Below are positions 61,577 to 64,000 of a DNA stretch of 64,000 nucleotides, in pieces. The position numbers and the translations under genes are program-made. A model generated the notes under the pieces. It ran no database searches. It had not been told where the DNA came from and worked only from the letters and a program-made list of their open reading frames with translations. Numbering within the stretch: the first letter of the stretch is position 1; every line of letters begins with the position of its first letter. Source of the DNA: an uncultured bacterium (GTDB lineage Bacteria; Patescibacteriota; Minisyncoccia; Phycocordibacterales; CAIZLB01); NCBI GenBank assembly GCA_903936565.1, contig CAIZVZ010000006.1, forward strand, positions 29,436 to 93,435, given 5' to 3'.

Positions 61577-61724
61577 TCGGTACTTTACAAGCTTTTACCT
61601 CGCCTACCTTGTGACTGAGGGCTGTGGGCTCCTTACTCCACCTGTACATCAATCACGTTCGTCTTAAATTATTAGTTAGTTAACAAAGGTCAGATGCCTC
61701 GCGGTGTCGTGGCCTGCAAAAAAT

Positions 61725-61910
61725 ATGAAGACAAATAAGTCCTATGCAAAACGTCTTAAGGTTTCTAAGAATGGAGTGATCACTTCTAGAGCCAAGGGAC
61801 AAAACCACTTCAATTCAAAGAACAGTGGTAGAAAGGGAATCTCAAAAGGTCGTACCGTTCCGTTCGTTATGAGTACTCGTGATAGACGCCGTTTCTTGGC
61901 TCAATCATAG
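61725..61910 (+). CDS. rpmI: 50S ribosomal protein L35
   Basis: MKTNKSYAKRLKVSKNG; internal Met start (the track starts at 61704). Confidence 0.75.
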   Translation: MKTNKSYAKRLKVSKNGVITSRAKGQNHFNSKNSGRKGISKGRTVPFVMSTRDRRRFLAQS

Positions 61911-61974
61911 TCTCTAAACTTAATTTTATAAAATAATTAACCCAGTAGGTGATCCTGCTGGATCAAATAAATAT

Positions 61975-62358
61975 ATGGTACGTATCAAAAAAGGAGTTAC
62001 AGCTTTAAAAAGCAGAAGATATATATTAAAGGCCGCTAAAGGTTTCCGTGGACCAAGAAAGAGTAAAGAGAAGTTAGCAAATGAGCAATTAGTACACTCG
62101 TACGCTGCAGCATTTGCTCACAGAAGAGACAAGAAAGGAGACTTTAGAAGATTGTGGAATGTTAGAATCAACGCAGCACTACGTCCTCATGGAGTTTCTT
62201 ACAGTAAGTTTATCGGATTCCTTAAGAAGCAAGAGATTGAGCTAGACAGAAAGACACTTTCTGAAATGGCGCAAAATGCTCCAGTTTCATTTGAGAGAAT
62301 CGTTAAGCAAGTTATGGCAAAAGCTTCAGTTGAGACAAAGGTTGCACCAAAGGCATAA
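61975..62358 (+). CDS. rplT: 50S ribosomal protein L20
   Basis: MVRIKKGVTALKSRRYILKAAKGFRG...FRRLWNVRINAALR. Confidence 0.85.
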   Translation: MVRIKKGVTALKSRRYILKAAKGFRGPRKSKEKLANEQLVHSYAAAFAHRRDKKGDFRRLWNVRINAALRPHGVSYSKFIGFLKKQEIELDRKTLSEMAQNAPVSFERIVKQVMAKASVETKVAPKA

Positions 62359-62395
62359 GCCGAACAATCTGGGCCAACACAAAGCTAAACAAAAT

Positions 62396-62428
62396 CGCCC
62401 CAGTGAATTAAATCTCAGGGCGTTTTTG
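62396..62428. terminator. Bidirectional intrinsic terminator between rplT and the convergent solute-binding-protein gene
   Basis: cgccc...gggcg hairpin with A-run and T-run flanks. Confidence 0.5.
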
Positions 62429-62471
62429 TTTGTCTGTTTGAATGGTAAATGAAGCAAAGGGTGTCACGGAT

Positions 62472-63617
62472 CTATTTCAAATCAACCAGCTTGTTATCAA
62501 CCACTTCCCTCAAATAATAAACATCGTTACCAATTGGATCACCATTTCTATCGAAACTTAGATTACCTGTCACACTAGGACGCGACTGCATGGAATAAAG
62601 ATAATCCTTTATTTTACTTGAATTATTTCCAACCTTACCAATTGCTTCGAATATAATTTCGCCAGTATCATATCCAAGCGTTGCACCAAACGGATAAGTG
62701 GGAGGATTTCCAAACAACCCAACGAACTGAGCATTAAACACATCTAACGTCTTAGTATCTTTTGCAGCTCTAAAATCCACAATCTTCACGCCATTAACCC
62801 ACTTACCACTTTTTACAAAATCATCACCAGATATAAAGTATGTATAAATCTGACCTGTATATCCTATCTCCCTTAACGACTTCACCAACTTACTTCCTGA
62901 TGCTCCAGTCTGAACATTCAAATACAGAGCTTCAGGATTTACAGACTTTATCTTAGCAGAAATTGTATAAGCATCATCACTATCCAGTAATATTGAGTCA
63001 TTATAAATCAGATTAGCACCCAATTCCTTAATCTTATTTTCAAAAACAGGAATGATAGTTTGGGACGCTAATGTTTTCTCAGAAACGATACCGACGTTCT
63101 TAAATTCATCCTTAGTTATAGTTTCAGCAATTATTTTTCCTGAGTTTTCATCGGATGGCGGAATTCTAAAGACAAAATCTCCCGCCTTCGTTACACCTGG
63201 CGATGTTGAAAAGGAAGATATAAGTAAGACCTTATTTTGTTCAGCGATTGGTGCTATAGCCATAGTTTCATTTGAACACTGACCACCAAAAATTACCTTA
63301 ACCTTATCTACATTAATTAATTTTTGGGCTGCCTTTACCGCTTCCTTACTATCACACTTTCCATCCTCGAATATCATTTGAATTTGATCATTTTTTATAA
63401 CACCTCGACTAATCGAATCCTTAAGTGCCAGTTCGATCCCCTGCTTTACTGGAACACCATAGGGTGATGCCTCTCCGGTTAGAGGTCCGATAAAGCCCAC
63501 CTTAATAACCTCACTGTTATCTCTGTTATATAAAGCAAGATATATTACAACAATCACAACACACACCACCGCGACAATCTTGATAATTATTCTGTTTATT
63601 TTGTTTTCATTTTTCAT
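62472..63617 (-). CDS. Periplasmic-binding-protein type I solute-binding protein (third paralog), orphan
   Basis: TM anchor, then IKVGFIGPLTGEASPYGVPVKQGIELAL. Confidence 0.65.
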   Translation of the reverse strand: MKNENKINRIIIKIVAVVCVVIVVIYLALYNRDNSEVIKVGFIGPLTGEASPYGVPVKQGIELALKDSISRGVIKNDQIQMIFEDGKCDSKEAVKAAQKLINVDKVKVIFGGQCSNETMAIAPIAEQNKVLLISSFSTSPGVTKAGDFVFRIPPSDENSGKIIAETITKDEFKNVGIVSEKTLASQTIIPVFENKIKELGANLIYNDSILLDSDDAYTISAKIKSVNPEALYLNVQTGASGSKLVKSLREIGYTGQIYTYFISGDDFVKSGKWVNGVKIVDFRAAKDTKTLDVFNAQFVGLFGNPPTYPFGATLGYDTGEIIFEAIGKVGNNSSKIKDYLYSMQSRPSVTGNLSFDRNGDPIGNDVYYLREVVDNKLVDLK

Positions 63618-63739
63618 ATTTTTAATATCTAATTTGACACACTCATTTTTAATGTCGTAATTTTAATATATTTGAGGATATTGTCAAATATTGTTGAACA
63701 GATGTTGACAACTATTCAACAACAGAATATACTTACATC

Positions 63740-64000
63740 ATGACGCTATCAACTAATCTTAAAAAGCTGGGCCTTAACAATAAGGAGATAGAGATCTATC
63801 TGACCTTAATCAAGAAGGGTTCTACATCCCCCACCGACCTTGCCAAGATAACTAAAATTAATAGAGCCACTATTTATAGCTCAGCCAAGAACCTTCAAAA
63901 TAAAGGTTTGATAATTGAGGATATCTCTGGCACCAAGACGGTCCTTACCCCTGCCCCAGCAACGCAGCTGGAGCAAATAATTAAACGTGGAGAAAAGGAG
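63740..64000 (+). CDS. TrmB-family transcriptional regulator (paralog D), N-terminal part; continues beyond the window end
   Basis: LKKLGLNNKEIEIYLTLIKKGSTSPTDLAKITKINRATIYSSAKNLQNKGLI. Confidence 0.5.
   Translation, partial: MTLSTNLKKLGLNNKEIEIYLTLIKKGSTSPTDLAKITKINRATIYSSAKNLQNKGLIIEDISGTKTVLTPAPATQLEQIIKRGEKE

Overview
The window reads as a compact, AT-rich bacterial chromosome (about one-third GC by eye) with short intergenic spacers and most genes on the minus strand. This, plus a full type IV pilus locus and many TrmB-like regulators, is consistent with a reduced-genome Patescibacteria/CPR-like organism, though this is not proven. Standard genetic code gives long ORFs throughout.

Identifiable content:
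- 1-8.3 kb: a partial phosphotransferase-family gene, a leucine-rich-repeat protein, tRNA-Asp(GUC) and a tRNA(CAU), then an ORF-free roughly 340-nt block with RNase P-like motifs on the minus strand. This is followed by a LAGLIDADG-type homing-endonuclease-like ORF, a membrane-anchored DUF4145/HEPN-like protein with a small membrane-protein partner, and gatA-gatC-ligA.
- 8.3-21.8 kb: a complete type IV pilus locus (4 minor pilins, pilD, two tandem major pilins, pilC, pilT, a CheY-like response regulator, pilB, pilM/N/O) plus a divergent ComF-like PRTase.
- 21.8-28.3 kb: a low-molecular-weight phosphatase, a 1280-aa Cys-rich surface protein, an acyltransferase-3 and a P-loop kinase.
- Around 28.4 kb: tRNA-Ser(GCU), with a 21-nt copy of its 3-prime end 156 bp away. 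This looks like an integration scar.
- 28.6-36 kb: ArsR with glutaredoxin, a TPR protein, a bPH_2 membrane protein, ung, a type-II tRNA whose anticodon reads ACU, and a second low-molecular-weight phosphatase. Then DUF2007, NADAR, a DinD/Bro-N protein and MscL with a zinc-ribbon tail.
- 36.4-41.2 kb: a copper operon (csoR-DUF305-copA-HMA permease-cupredoxin) with a perfect 18-bp CsoR operator.
- 41.8-49.4 kb: recG, a tRNA with a UAU anticodon, ftsH, smpB and tmRNA. The tmRNA 3-prime end is also duplicated, next to a GC-rich orphan gene.
- 50-64 kb: an SSS transporter, four TrmB-like regulators, three orphan solute-binding proteins, a methyltransferase, NUDIX and infC-rpmI-rplT.

Several GC-rich (about 50 percent) islets stand out against the AT-rich background. 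Some are orphan ORFs and some are ORF-free candidate ncRNAs. No CRISPR array, transposase or integrase gene is visible.
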